From an uncultured Gemmatimonadales bacterium (GTDB lineage: Bacteria; Gemmatimonadota; Gemmatimonadetes; Gemmatimonadales; Gemmatimonadaceae): DNA of 64,000 nucleotides. The stretch is from NCBI GenBank assembly GCA_963850905.1, contig CAWKMU010000003.1, positions 2,336,001 to 2,400,000 on the forward strand. The letters are read 5' to 3'. Positions 50,883 to 60,225 of this stretch are shown here, piece after piece (position 1 is the first letter of the stretch; each line of letters starts with the position of its first letter). The notes below the pieces were generated by a model that made no database searches, had not been told where the DNA came from, and was given only the letters and a program-made list of their open reading frames with translations. The position numbers and the translations under genes were made by a program.

Positions 50883-51961
50883 ATGCTCAGACGGCTCATT
50901 GGGAGAAGCGGAACATCGTGTTCGCGGCGATTGCGGTTTCTGCCGCCGTGCTGCCTGGTCAGGGGCCGAAAGTCCTGATCATCTACGACATGGAGGGCAT
51001 TTCCGGGGTGATCAGACCTCCATACGAGCGCTTTGGGGCGCCCGAATATCCGCAGGGACGCGAGTCACTGACGGCTGACGTGAATGCGGCGATTCGAGGA
51101 CTCAAGGCCGGCGGTGCGGGGTCCATCTGGGTGGAGGATGGGCACGGGTCCGGCAACAGCGAAGAGCCGGATATCCTGGTGGACAAGATGGACAAGAACG
51201 CGAACTTCGAGTTTCGCGAGCGTCGCTACGACCCCTACTCCACGGGGATCGATGGGTCGTTCGCCGCGATCGTCTGCGTCGGGATGCACGCGCGCGCCCG
51301 CACCAGCGGGTTCATGGCGCACACCGGGACCTTCAATGTCGCGTGGAACGTGAATGGTGTCGACCTGAGCGAAACCCACATCGTCGCGCTGTCCGCCGCA
51401 CGCTGGGGCATCCCCGTGGTCATGGTCTCGGGAGACCAGGTGCTCAAAGAACAACTCGCCACGGATTTCCCGGAGCTGCAGTACGCCGAAGTGAAGGAGT
51501 CGCACGGCCACAGTCTGGCCAATGCAGTGCCGCGCGCAGAAGCGGACCGCCGGATCGAAACGGCGGCCCGCGAGGCGATGCAGCGATTCACGGCCGGCAA
51601 GTTCCGTCCGTACTACCTGCCGGGCCCGTACGAGTTTCACATGACGTTCCGCACACGAGAACAGGCCGAGATGGCCGCCGGCACCCGCGGCGTTGTGCCT
51701 GACGGCGACCTGGGAGTTCGCTTCACGAGTCCCACGTACATCGATGGCTACCTGATCGCCGAGGATGTCGTCTCGCACGGCATGAACTACTTGCCCTTGC
51801 TGCTGCGAGTGCTCCGACACCAGCCGGGCGGCGACGCGCTCATCAAGCAGTGGACGGATCTCATCTGGCTCCAGATCGATCCGGACAGCCTGCCTGCGTG
51901 GTCGCTGCCCCCCGCGCAGGTGGCTAGTGATCAACACAAGCGCTATTACGGCGATCAGTAA
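50883..51961 (+). CDS. M55-family D-aminopeptidase, second copy, probable signal peptide
   Basis: IIYDMEGISG, DVNAAIRG, DGHG, VGMHARA, FMAHT, SE, VSGDQ; start 50883 requires a frameshift (in-frame GTG at 50918). Confidence 0.9.
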
Positions 51962-52078
51962 GCCCGGCTAGCGCGCGGCTGATCGCGGCGGGCTGTTGCC
52001 ACCCCCACGCGCAAGCCGTCACTCGAGCGAGACGCCTCGTGTTTCGCTCGAGTGTCATGGTCGCCTTGGGGGGCACCA

Positions 52079-52645
52079 ATGGGCAAGAAAGACGCGATGT
52101 TGGTTGGAGCCATCGGGCTCCCATTGCTCGTCGTCGCGATCGCGACGATCGGATGCTTCGGTCGCCAGGGCCTGCCAGGCGTCCGCCGGCGTCTCTTGCT
52201 GCGCATCGCGGCGTGGGCAGCGCTCGGATGCGTGGCGGGTGACGTCGCACTCATCGTGGTCGGCTGCCCCTTGGGCGCCGCACTCGAGCACGCGCACCCG
52301 GGGATGATGAATGCCGCGATCTGCGGCTGGCACGCGACGATCTTCCCGGGCCTTTGGGCGTACTGGTTTCTCGCGACCTGCACGGCGATGTTCGCGATCT
52401 GGGCGTGGCTCGCCCCGCACGTGCCGGCCTGGGAATCGAGTGGCGGCCGGCTCGCCGTGGTGTCCGCCCTCATGGCATTGCCGTTGGCCACGATGCTCAT
52501 CACGGCCGTCTCGACCAACCCCGGCGGCTTGCCGCCCGGTGAGCTGGCGCAGGCACTGGTGTTGTGCGTACCCACAGTCTTCGGCGCGGTCTATGTCCCG
52601 CGGCTCACCGTGCCATTTCTGAAGCCCGGCACGTTCGCGATCTAG
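52079..52645 (+). CDS. Hypothetical multi-pass membrane protein
   Basis: About five hydrophobic segments. Confidence 0.6.
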   Translation: MGKKDAMLVGAIGLPLLVVAIATIGCFGRQGLPGVRRRLLLRIAAWAALGCVAGDVALIVVGCPLGAALEHAHPGMMNAAICGWHATIFPGLWAYWFLATCTAMFAIWAWLAPHVPAWESSGGRLAVVSALMALPLATMLITAVSTNPGGLPPGELAQALVLCVPTVFGAVYVPRLTVPFLKPGTFAI

Positions 52646-52681
52646 AAGCGTTTCGGGAGGGCGCTAAAGCGCCCTGGAGGT

Positions 52682-53662
52682 CTACTCTCTTGCGGCGTTC
52701 AGGCCGCACCGGAGGTGCTCCAACACGCCGGGCCGCGGTTCAGGCGTCCCCCAGTACGGAGTCTTATTGACATCGACCGGGACAATCGTGCCGTCGGCGT
52801 CCATGACGCAATCCGTTCCGTGGAACTCCAGTTGCATCGCACTCGCAGCGCGCCGACCGACGCCGGCCGCCCTCGCTGCATCGGCACTTGCCGCACCAAG
52901 CGCGATGTCTTCGCCGTCCACGGTCCAAAAGAACGAATGCTCTCGACGACGAGCGCCGAAGCGCTGGTGCTTGATTGCAAGGTCCGTCCAGATTTGCGAG
53001 ACGACGGTGGCCGGTCCGACACCGTGGACCCGAAAATACGCGCCCTCTGGGTTCTCGATGTATCGCTCAATGACCAATGTTGAGTCGCTCCACGCGGCGT
53101 CCGGTACTTCGTCGCGCCGGCACACGCGATACGCCTCTTGCCGACGCACCTCGTCGTTCAGACCACCTGTGAACCGCTCCAATGTCTGGTCGCCACGTGC
53201 AACGAGCCGTCGCTCGGGCCCACCGGCGGCATTGAGGTTCGTCTTGATGATGACCCGCTCATCGGCGGGGCCCGCGTGCGTTGCCGCTGCAGACGGCAAG
53301 CCGTGCGTGGCTAGCCGCTCGTGCAACGTCCGCTTGCGGACGTCGGTCGCGTGTGCATTGAGCGTCACCACGCCGCGCGCTGCGAGCGAATCGTACAGGG
53401 CCGACTCGTGCTCCAGCACCCCATCGGTCTCGCTGGTGTCGATGTGCATCACCACGACGCGGGCGGCCCGGCCGATCGCGTTCGCCAGCCGAACTCCGGA
53501 TTCGCCCGGCTTGATCGCCAGGCGCATCGCGTGGGGGCACACCGCTTGGATGAGATACTTGTCCCACGCATTACACTCGCACACGACTACCGGGGCAGAC
53601 CCCAAATACCGGGTGAGCTTCCGGCGTACGTCGGTGCGGAGGCTAGCGAGCAGGCTCCCCAT
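52682..53662 (-). CDS. Hypothetical ATP-grasp-like protein
   Basis: VIIKTNLNAAG, VIERYI, GTDCV...VDVNKTP pattern; GGAGG RBS. Confidence 0.6.
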   Translation of the reverse strand: MGSLLASLRTDVRRKLTRYLGSAPVVVCECNAWDKYLIQAVCPHAMRLAIKPGESGVRLANAIGRAARVVVMHIDTSETDGVLEHESALYDSLAARGVVTLNAHATDVRKRTLHERLATHGLPSAAATHAGPADERVIIKTNLNAAGGPERRLVARGDQTLERFTGGLNDEVRRQEAYRVCRRDEVPDAAWSDSTLVIERYIENPEGAYFRVHGVGPATVVSQIWTDLAIKHQRFGARRREHSFFWTVDGEDIALGAASADAARAAGVGRRAASAMQLEFHGTDCVMDADGTIVPVDVNKTPYWGTPEPRPGVLEHLRCGLNAARE

Positions 53663-53867
53663 AGGCCTCCTGTCTGCGGAAGGAGACAGCAATCATCCTG
53701 CCACTTGGGTGAGGGCGTTTCGTCCCAAAAAATGAGACCACGGCGCTCAAGGGAGACAACGGCAGCGACCTTGGGCGGCCAGGCTGTCGTCTGTTCTCTA
53801 CAATCTGTAGGGCTACTTTGTTGGTCTACCGAGGGCGCTTCGCGCCCTAGAGAGCAGCGAGGCAGAA

Positions 53868-53925
53868 AGTAGAAAGTAGACAACGGCTGGGTCCGCGGGC
53901 CGCCAGCCTTTGTCTACTTTCTACT
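53868..53925. repeat. Long hairpin with a 16-bp perfect stem of AGTAGAA heptamers, downstream of tRNA-Leu
   Basis: agtagaaagtagacaa / ttgtctactttctact, plus inner ggctgg/ccagcc. Confidence 0.8.
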
Positions 53926-53963
53926 CTCTGTAGGTCTACTTTCTTGCCGGCCGAAGGCCCGGC

Positions 53964-54048
<85 letters not shown>

Positions 54049-54071
54049 GGTCGGCGAAGGATAGCGGCGCT

Positions 54072-54258
54072 GGGGGTCAGGGGCCAGACGGGCACGAACG
54101 GCGGGGTCAGGGGTCAGGGGTCAGGAAACACACCGAGAACCCAGTCACGGCTGCACCATAACCTGCCTTGGACCGGTAGGGGCGACGCATGCGTCGCCCG
54201 GAGTTGTCGTTAGGTCGTCGTTCCCCGACCCCTGGTCCCGGACCCCTGACCCCTGTGT
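54072..54258. repeat. Composite element: (GGGGTCA)n arm, REP (54165-54200), (TGACCCC)n arm
   Basis: aacggcggggtcaggggtcaggggtcagg ... gtaggggcgacgcatgcgtcgccc ... cccctgacccctg. Confidence 0.82.
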
Positions 54259-54300
54259 TGTATCTTGTGACCACAGCCCTCCTACCCCCGTCCCCACAGA

Positions 54301-54771
54301 ATGGCCCGAGCTGTTCCGGACACCGAGACCGAGCCTATCGCGCGCAACCGTCGCGCTCGGCACGAGTATCACATTTTCGAGAGCTGGGAGGCGGGGCTCG
54401 TCCTGACAGGCACTGAGGTCAAGGCACTGCGCAACGGGAAGGCGAGTCTTGCGGACGCATATGGCATTGTCAAAGATGGCGAGGTCTTTCTGTTGAACCT
54501 CCACATCGCGCCGTACGAGCAGGGGCACCAGTTCAACCACGAGCCGACGCGCACGCGCAAGCTGTTGCTTCATAAGAAGGAAATCCGTCGGCTGATCGGC
54601 TCCGTGGAACGCCAAGGACTGACCCTCATCCCTCTCGACATGTACTTCAAGCGCGGCCGCGCCAAGGTCGTGATCGGTCTCGCTCGCGGGAAGAAGCTGC
54701 ATGACAAGCGAGCAGACGAGCGCAAGCGCTCCGACGAGCGCGAAATGGCGCGGGCAGCCCGCTTCCGGTGA
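54301..54771 (+). CDS. smpB: SsrA-binding protein
   Basis: NRRARHEY, EAGLVLTGTEVKALR, RKLLLH, GKKLHDKR. Confidence 0.98.
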   Translation: MARAVPDTETEPIARNRRARHEYHIFESWEAGLVLTGTEVKALRNGKASLADAYGIVKDGEVFLLNLHIAPYEQGHQFNHEPTRTRKLLLHKKEIRRLIGSVERQGLTLIPLDMYFKRGRAKVVIGLARGKKLHDKRADERKRSDEREMARAARFR

Positions 54772-56117
54772 TTCTCGCGCACGCGCTGGTCTACGCGCTG
54801 CAGGTCGTCGCCGTCGCAGGGACGCCGGCGCCCACCGCCCGCTCACTCACTGTCCGCGTGCTTGGGTCGCATGACGTCCGACATGTACCGGTCGTGGCCC
54901 GGGCCGATGGCCAACTCGGCGTCAACGCCGGACTCTTGGCCACTGCACTGGGCGGCTCGGTCCATCGCCTCGCGACAGGCCGATTCACCCTCGCCGTACC
55001 CGGTGCGACGCTGGAGATGGCGGACCAGAGCGGGTTCGCGACGTCTTCCACTGGTGTCATTCCACTGCCTGCGCCGGCCTGGGTCGAGGGGACGACGCTG
55101 TACGTGCCGCTCGCCGTCGTTGCTGACGTTCTCCCACGCGTCGCTAGTGGTGTCATCTACGACCCGGAGAAGGCCGAGGTGCGCGTCTTCACCGCGCTCT
55201 TGCCGGGTGCGGCCACGCATGTGGCGTCTCGCCACCCGACTGGAACAACCTCCGATGTATTCCAGGCGCCGGCGGCGACCGCCGGAGTCACGTCGGGCAG
55301 CGACACCGACTCGACCGGAGTCGCGCCGTCGGGCGACGTGTTACTCGGCGAGCGTGATAGCGCACCCGCGGCGTCCAGGCCGACCTTGATCCACCACCGG
55401 CTCGTCGTCGTCGACGCCGGGCACGGGGGGCCCGACCACGGGATGATCGGTCCAGTCGGGTCGACACATCCGATCTACGAGAAAGACATCACGCTCGCTG
55501 TTGCGCTCAAGGTCGGCGATGCGCTGCGAAACCTGGGGCTGGACGTGCTGGAGACGCGGACGACCGACACGCTTATCGCGCTCTCCGACCGCGGCCGGAT
55601 CGCCAATGAGCACCACGGCGACCTCTTTCTGTCGATTCACGTGAATGCGGCCAACCCGAACTGGCACGACCCATCGGCCGCCCGCGGATTCGAGACATAC
55701 TTCCTCGCCGCCGCGAAGACCGAGGACGACCGGCGGGTCGAGGAGATGGAGAACGAAGCCGTCAAGTTCGAGACGGGCGCCAACGCGCCGACCAACGATC
55801 CGTTAGATTTCGTCATCCATGACATGGCGCAGAATGAGCACCTGCGTGAGTCCGCCGACCTCGCGGAGATCATCCAGCGACACCTCGCGGGGATCGAGCC
55901 GGGTCCGGATCGCGGCGTCAAGCAAGCCGGCTTTCGCGTGCTCGTGACCGCATACATGCCTTCGGTGCTCGTGGAGATCGGCTTCGGTACCAATCCCACC
56001 GAAGCGCACTACCTGGCCTCGCCGGCTTCGCAACGCACGATTGCCAGGGCGATCGCCGAAGCAACTGCCGATTACCTGGCGCGCTACCAGCGCCGCGTGA
56101 GCGTCGCGGGCCAGTGA
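54768..56117 (+). CDS. N-acetylmuramoyl-L-alanine amidase (Amidase_3)
   Basis: VDAGHGGPD, EKDITL, SIHVNA, GFETY, VLVEIGF. Confidence 0.93.
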   Translation: MILAHALVYALQVVAVAGTPAPTARSLTVRVLGSHDVRHVPVVARADGQLGVNAGLLATALGGSVHRLATGRFTLAVPGATLEMADQSGFATSSTGVIPLPAPAWVEGTTLYVPLAVVADVLPRVASGVIYDPEKAEVRVFTALLPGAATHVASRHPTGTTSDVFQAPAATAGVTSGSDTDSTGVAPSGDVLLGERDSAPAASRPTLIHHRLVVVDAGHGGPDHGMIGPVGSTHPIYEKDITLAVALKVGDALRNLGLDVLETRTTDTLIALSDRGRIANEHHGDLFLSIHVNAANPNWHDPSAARGFETYFLAAAKTEDDRRVEEMENEAVKFETGANAPTNDPLDFVIHDMAQNEHLRESADLAEIIQRHLAGIEPGPDRGVKQAGFRVLVTAYMPSVLVEIGFGTNPTEAHYLASPASQRTIARAIAEATADYLARYQRRVSVAGQ

Positions 56118-57049
56118 GTCCACGCCCGCCCTCGCTCACGGCCGAGGCGGCGGGACTTGAATTTCAGAATCCGATCGTCCTCGCCGCCGGCACCGCAGGT
56201 TACGGTCGCGAGCTCGCCGACGTGATGGATCTCGATCGCCTCGGCGGACTCGTCACCAAGGCAGTGAGCGTCGAACCCCGCTCGGGTGCTCCGGCGCCGC
56301 GCGTGGCCGAGTTCTCCGGAGGGATGATCAATGCTGTCGGCCTGGCGAATCCGGGCCTGGACGCGGTGCGCAGAGAGCACTTGCCGTGGCTGGCCACGCA
56401 TCTCGCGCGGGCGCGCGTGCTCGTCAACGTCGTCGGCAATACGGTCGCGGATTTCGAGACGGTGGTGTCATCGCTGACCAACGAGACCGGTGTCGCCGGC
56501 TTCGAGCTCAACGTGAGCTGTCCCAACGTGCGGTGCGGCGGCGTCGAGTTTGGCGCCGACATGGACGTGCTCGCCGACCTGGTCACGCGGGCGCGGCGCG
56601 TCTCGACGCGACCGCTGTTCGTTAAATTGTCGCCGACGCTGCCGGACATTGCCGCGACGGCGCAGGCCGCCGTGCGCGCAGGGGCCGACGCGATTACGGT
56701 CGTGAATACCGTCCCAGGATTGGTCATCGATGTCGAGCGGCGACGTCCCGCGCTGGGATTCGGAACCGGTGGAGTGAGTGGGGCGGCCATCAGGCCCATT
56801 GGGGTGCTCGCGACCTGGCGCGTGACGCGCGCGGTGTCGGTTCCTGTCATGGGTGTCGGAGGCGTCGCGAGTGTGGAGGACGTGCTGCAGTACGTGCTCG
56901 CCGGCGCAACACTCGTCGGCATTGGAACGGCGGCGCTGCAAGACCCTCGAAGTCCGCAGCGACTCGTGCGCGGCTTGGAGCGCTGGTGCGAACAGCACGG
57001 ATTGGCCAGTTTGAGTGAGATGAGAGGACAGTTGCAATGGCCGACGTGA
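56114..57049 (+). CDS. pyrD: Dihydroorotate dehydrogenase, family 1
   Basis: NPIVLAAGT, NAVGLANPG, ELNVSCPN, VKLSP, GGVSG. Confidence 0.95.
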   Translation: MSPRPPSLTAEAAGLEFQNPIVLAAGTAGYGRELADVMDLDRLGGLVTKAVSVEPRSGAPAPRVAEFSGGMINAVGLANPGLDAVRREHLPWLATHLARARVLVNVVGNTVADFETVVSSLTNETGVAGFELNVSCPNVRCGGVEFGADMDVLADLVTRARRVSTRPLFVKLSPTLPDIAATAQAAVRAGADAITVVNTVPGLVIDVERRRPALGFGTGGVSGAAIRPIGVLATWRVTRAVSVPVMGVGGVASVEDVLQYVLAGATLVGIGTAALQDPRSPQRLVRGLERWCEQHGLASLSEMRGQLQWPT

Positions 57050-57783
57050 CCAGCACCATAACCACCCCTTCGGCACGTTCGACGCGCCGGGTCACCCCCA
57101 TCGTCGCCCTCGACGTGTCGGACGAGCCGTCGGCTGATCGGTTTGTCGATGCACTCGGCGCCCTCTGTCGCTTCTATAAGGTGGGCTCAGAGCTTTTCAC
57201 TGCAGTAGGCCCGACGATCGTGCATGCGCTCAGCGAGCGCGGGTGCAGCGTGTTTCTCGATCTCAAGCTGCACGACATTCCAAACACTGTCCGCGGTGGC
57301 TGTCGAAGCGCGGCTCGCGCTGGCGCTCGGCTGGTCACGGTGCACGCGGTAGGCGGTCACGACATGATCGTCGCGGCTGTCCAAGGTGCTCGAGAGGGTG
57401 ATCCGGAGTGCCAAGTGTTCGCGGTGACCGTCTTGACCTCGCTCGATGCCCGACGTCTGGGTGACACGTGGGGGCGGCGCGACCTCGACGTGGGAGCGGA
57501 GGTCGTGCGACTCGCCACCGTTGCGCGCGAGGCGGGCGCGAAAGGCATCGTGTGTGCCGGGCCGGAAGTCAGCCGTGTCCGAGGCGCGCATGGTGACGCG
57601 CTGGCCATCCTGGTGCCCGGGGTTCGCCTCGAGGGCGCATCGACGGACGACCAACAGCGGGTGACCACTGCGCGCGCGGCCGCGGCCGCTGGAGCTGACT
57701 ATGTGGTCATCGGTCGGGCGGTGACGGGTGCACCGGACCCCCGTACGACGATGCAGCAGGTCCTTCGCGAGCTCGAGGGGTGA
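57037..57783 (+). CDS. pyrF: Orotidine-5'-phosphate decarboxylase
   Basis: VALD, KVG, DLKLHDIPNT, PGVR, DQQRV, IGR. Confidence 0.96.
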   Translation: MADVTSTITTPSARSTRRVTPIVALDVSDEPSADRFVDALGALCRFYKVGSELFTAVGPTIVHALSERGCSVFLDLKLHDIPNTVRGGCRSAARAGARLVTVHAVGGHDMIVAAVQGAREGDPECQVFAVTVLTSLDARRLGDTWGRRDLDVGAEVVRLATVAREAGAKGIVCAGPEVSRVRGAHGDALAILVPGVRLEGASTDDQQRVTTARAAAAAGADYVVIGRAVTGAPDPRTTMQQVLRELEG

Positions 57784-57813
57784 GGCGGTGGCACTGCCTC
57801 CTCCGGTTGTCCC

Positions 57814-58197
57814 TCAATCCGCCAGGGTAGGGGGCGACGGCGCCTCGAGAATGACGACGTTGTAACCCTCGGGGTCGTGCAACACCCCCCATGCGCGGGA
57901 CGAGTCGTCTGCGCGAGCGTGCACGTCGATGAATCGTTCCTTGCCGATCGCGGCGACGGCCGCCGCGAGATCGGCCACCTCCAGGAAAAGCACGGCCTTG
58001 TCTTGCGACGGGTAGGGTTCCGAGCCTTTCCGTTCCAGGCAGACGAAAGCCTGCCCACCGTCGAACTTCGCGTAGCGCCCCGGCCCTTCCTCAGACAGCT
58101 GAAGACCCAGGGTGTCGCCATAAAACCGCTTGCCGCGGTTGAGGTCGTCGGAATACAGCTCGACCCCGACGAGGCGGGCGTTGAGTTTGCCTGTCAT
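57814..58197 (-). CDS. VOC/glyoxalase family protein
   Basis: FYGDTLGL...LFLEVADL...DPEGY; GGAGG RBS. Confidence 0.85.
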   Translation of the reverse strand: MTGKLNARLVGVELYSDDLNRGKRFYGDTLGLQLSEEGPGRYAKFDGGQAFVCLERKGSEPYPSQDKAVLFLEVADLAAAVAAIGKERFIDVHARADDSSRAWGVLHDPEGYNVVILEAPSPPTLAD

Positions 58198-58231
58198 GTA
58201 TCAGCCTCCCCGAATTAGGCCAGAGACTCGG

Positions 58232-58356
58232 GTTGAACGTTGAACTTTAGTCGTCGGGCGTTAGACGTTGGAGAACACACCTCGAGGCCCGCTAGATCCA
58301 CCGGGGCTGCGTCTTGAGGTTTGTTCCAGCGTCCAGCGTCTACGTCCAGCGTCTGT
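58232..58356. repeat. Degenerate heptamer inverted arms (GTTRRAC / GTCYAGC)
   Basis: gttgaacgttgaac..gttagacgttgga versus tccagcgtccagcgtctacgtccagcgtct. Confidence 0.55.
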
Positions 58357-58363
58357 AGTTCCC

Positions 58364-58392
58364 TTGCGTCACGTTCCTAAGTCCCATACGTT
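58364..58392 (+). promoter_or_regulatory. Putative sigma70 promoter of the rpmJ-rpoA operon
   Basis: TTGCGT-17 nt-TACGTT. Confidence 0.55.
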
Positions 58393-58481
58393 TCAAAGCT
58401 TGTCGCTAATCGTTGACCGTCCGGCCGACCCGTGGTCGGCAGAGCGGCGGTCAGCGTCATTGTCGTGTCAGGAGCGCGTCC

Positions 58482-58598
58482 GTGAAGGTCCGAACGAGTG
58501 TGAAACCGATTTGTGAGCACTGCAAAGTGATCAAACGCGGGGGCGTCATGCGCATCATCTGTAAGCGCAACCCCAAGCACAAGCAGCGCCAGGGTTAA
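58482..58598 (+). CDS. rpmJ: 50S ribosomal protein L36, Zn-binding form
   Basis: [21 protein letters not shown]...HKQRQG. Confidence 0.98.
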   Translation: MKVRTSVKPICEHCKVIKRGGVMRIICKRNPKHKQRQG

Positions 58599-58601
58599 AA
58601 T

Positions 58602-58979
58602 ATGGCTCGCATTGCAGGGGTCGACCTGCCCCGTGAAAAAAAGGTCGAAATCGGCCTGACCTATATCTTCGGCATTGGCCGCACGTCCGCCCGACACATT
58701 CTCGAGGAGACGGGCGTCAGCCCGGCGCTCCGTATCAAGGAGTTGTCGGACACCGACGTGAACCGTCTGCGTCAAGCCATCGAGCGCGACTACCGCGTCG
58801 AGGGCGCGCTGCGAACCGAAGTGGCCATGAACATCAAGCGGTTGATGGACATTGGCTCCTATCGCGGCATTCGCCATCGGCGAGGCCTGCCGGTGCGTGG
58901 ACAGCGAACGCATACCAACGCGCGCACGAAGAAAGGTCCTCGTCGCGCCATCGCGGGCAAGAAGAAGGTGACCAAGTAA
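58602..58979 (+). CDS. rpsM: 30S ribosomal protein S13
   Basis: [10 protein letters not shown]...[16 protein letters not shown]. Confidence 0.99.
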   Translation: MARIAGVDLPREKKVEIGLTYIFGIGRTSARHILEETGVSPALRIKELSDTDVNRLRQAIERDYRVEGALRTEVAMNIKRLMDIGSYRGIRHRRGLPVRGQRTHTNARTKKGPRRAIAGKKKVTK

Positions 58980-58980
58980 C

Positions 58981-59358
58981 ATGGCAACTGCGAAAAAGAC
59001 CAAGCGCGTGATCGAGGCGGAAGGCATCGCCCACGTCAACGCGACCTTCAACAACACGACCGTTACGATCACGGATCCCCGCGGCAACACGGTCGCCTGG
59101 GGGTCGGCCGGCAAGGCGGGCTTCAAGGGGTCGAAGAAATCGACCCCGTTCGCGGCGACGGTGGCGGCGGAGCAGGTGGCGCGCGAGGCGATGACGCTCG
59201 GCGTGCGCCGCGTGCACGTCCGTGTGCAGGGTCCAGGAAGTGGACGCGAGTCCGCGATTCAGGCGCTTGCCACGGCGGGGTTGCAGGTCAAGTCGATCAA
59301 GGACGTGACGCCAATCCCACACAACGGTTGCCGGCCGCCGAAGCGGCGGAGGGTCTGA
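58981..59358 (+). CDS. rpsK: 30S ribosomal protein S11
   Basis: [25 protein letters not shown]. Confidence 0.99.
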   Translation: MATAKKTKRVIEAEGIAHVNATFNNTTVTITDPRGNTVAWGSAGKAGFKGSKKSTPFAATVAAEQVAREAMTLGVRRVHVRVQGPGSGRESAIQALATAGLQVKSIKDVTPIPHNGCRPPKRRRV

Positions 59359-59361
59359 GTC

Positions 59362-59994
59362 GTGCGCTACACAGGACCCAGCTGTCGGCAATGTCGACGT
59401 GAAGGCACCAAGCTGTTTCTCAAGGGAATGAAGTGCTTTACGGAGAAGTGCCCGGTCGAGCGGCGCCCATACGCGCCAGGTCAACACGGGCAGAGCACGG
59501 CGCGTCGACGCAAGTCGTCGGAGTACGCACGGCAGCTCCGTGAAAAGCAGAAAATCAAGCGCATCTACGGGTTGAGCGAGCGCCAATTCCGCAACGTGTT
59601 CGAGCGCGTGAACCCAATGCCCGGCATCACCGGGCACAACCTGCTCGCCGCGCTCGAGAGTCGTCTCGACAACCTCGTCTATCGGATGGGGTTTGCGTCG
59701 AGCCGAAAAGCGGCGCGCCAGCTCATTCGTCACCGGCACGTCGAGGTGAATGCGCGCTCCGTCGACATCCCGAGCTACCTGGTTCGGCCGGGTGAGGAGA
59801 TCCGCGTTCGCCCGAAGTCGCGTGAGCAGACGGCGATCCTCACGGCCTTGGATCAGTCGTCGCGAGGCGCGCCGGTCGCGTGGCTGGCGGTCGATCGTGG
59901 GTCGTTCAGCGGACGCATGCTCGAGCGCCCACAGCGGGCCAGCATCCCGATTGCAGCGCAGGAGCAGTTGGTGGTGGAGTTGTATTCGAAGTAG
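59362..59994 (+). CDS. rpsD: 30S ribosomal protein S4, Zn-binding form
   Basis: CRQCRREG, LREKQK, LESRLDN, VELYSK. Confidence 0.99.
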   Translation: MRYTGPSCRQCRREGTKLFLKGMKCFTEKCPVERRPYAPGQHGQSTARRRKSSEYARQLREKQKIKRIYGLSERQFRNVFERVNPMPGITGHNLLAALESRLDNLVYRMGFASSRKAARQLIRHRHVEVNARSVDIPSYLVRPGEEIRVRPKSREQTAILTALDQSSRGAPVAWLAVDRGSFSGRMLERPQRASIPIAAQEQLVVELYSK

Positions 59995-59998
59995 CGGA

Positions 59999-60118
59999 AA
60001 CGGCGGGATCAGGGGTCAGGCATCAGGGGTCAGGGAACTAACCAAACGGCAAGAAGCGAGTCGCCGCGACCAGCGGTCGCGGTTTGTTCCCTGACCCCTG
60101 ACCCCCGACCCCGCGGTT
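59999..60118. repeat. Composite heptamer-arm inverted element between rpsD and rpoA
   Basis: aacggcgggatcaggggtcagg.. / ..ccctgacccctgacccccgaccccgcggtt; inner hairpin ccgcgacc-agc-ggtcgcgg. Confidence 0.82.
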
Positions 60119-60225
60119 CCGCGGTCGGGGCCCTAACCCCCGTACGGAGCCGCCGCGCGTTAGGGGCGGGGCGGAACGTTGCCGGGCACGCCGCTCGGTA
60201 GGACCAAATTTCAGGATCAGAGACA

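Noticed and set aside
54049..54300. tmRNA or other ncRNA beside smpB
   Set aside because: No tRNA-Ala-like ends or tag ORF; the space is taken by repeat arms and a REP.
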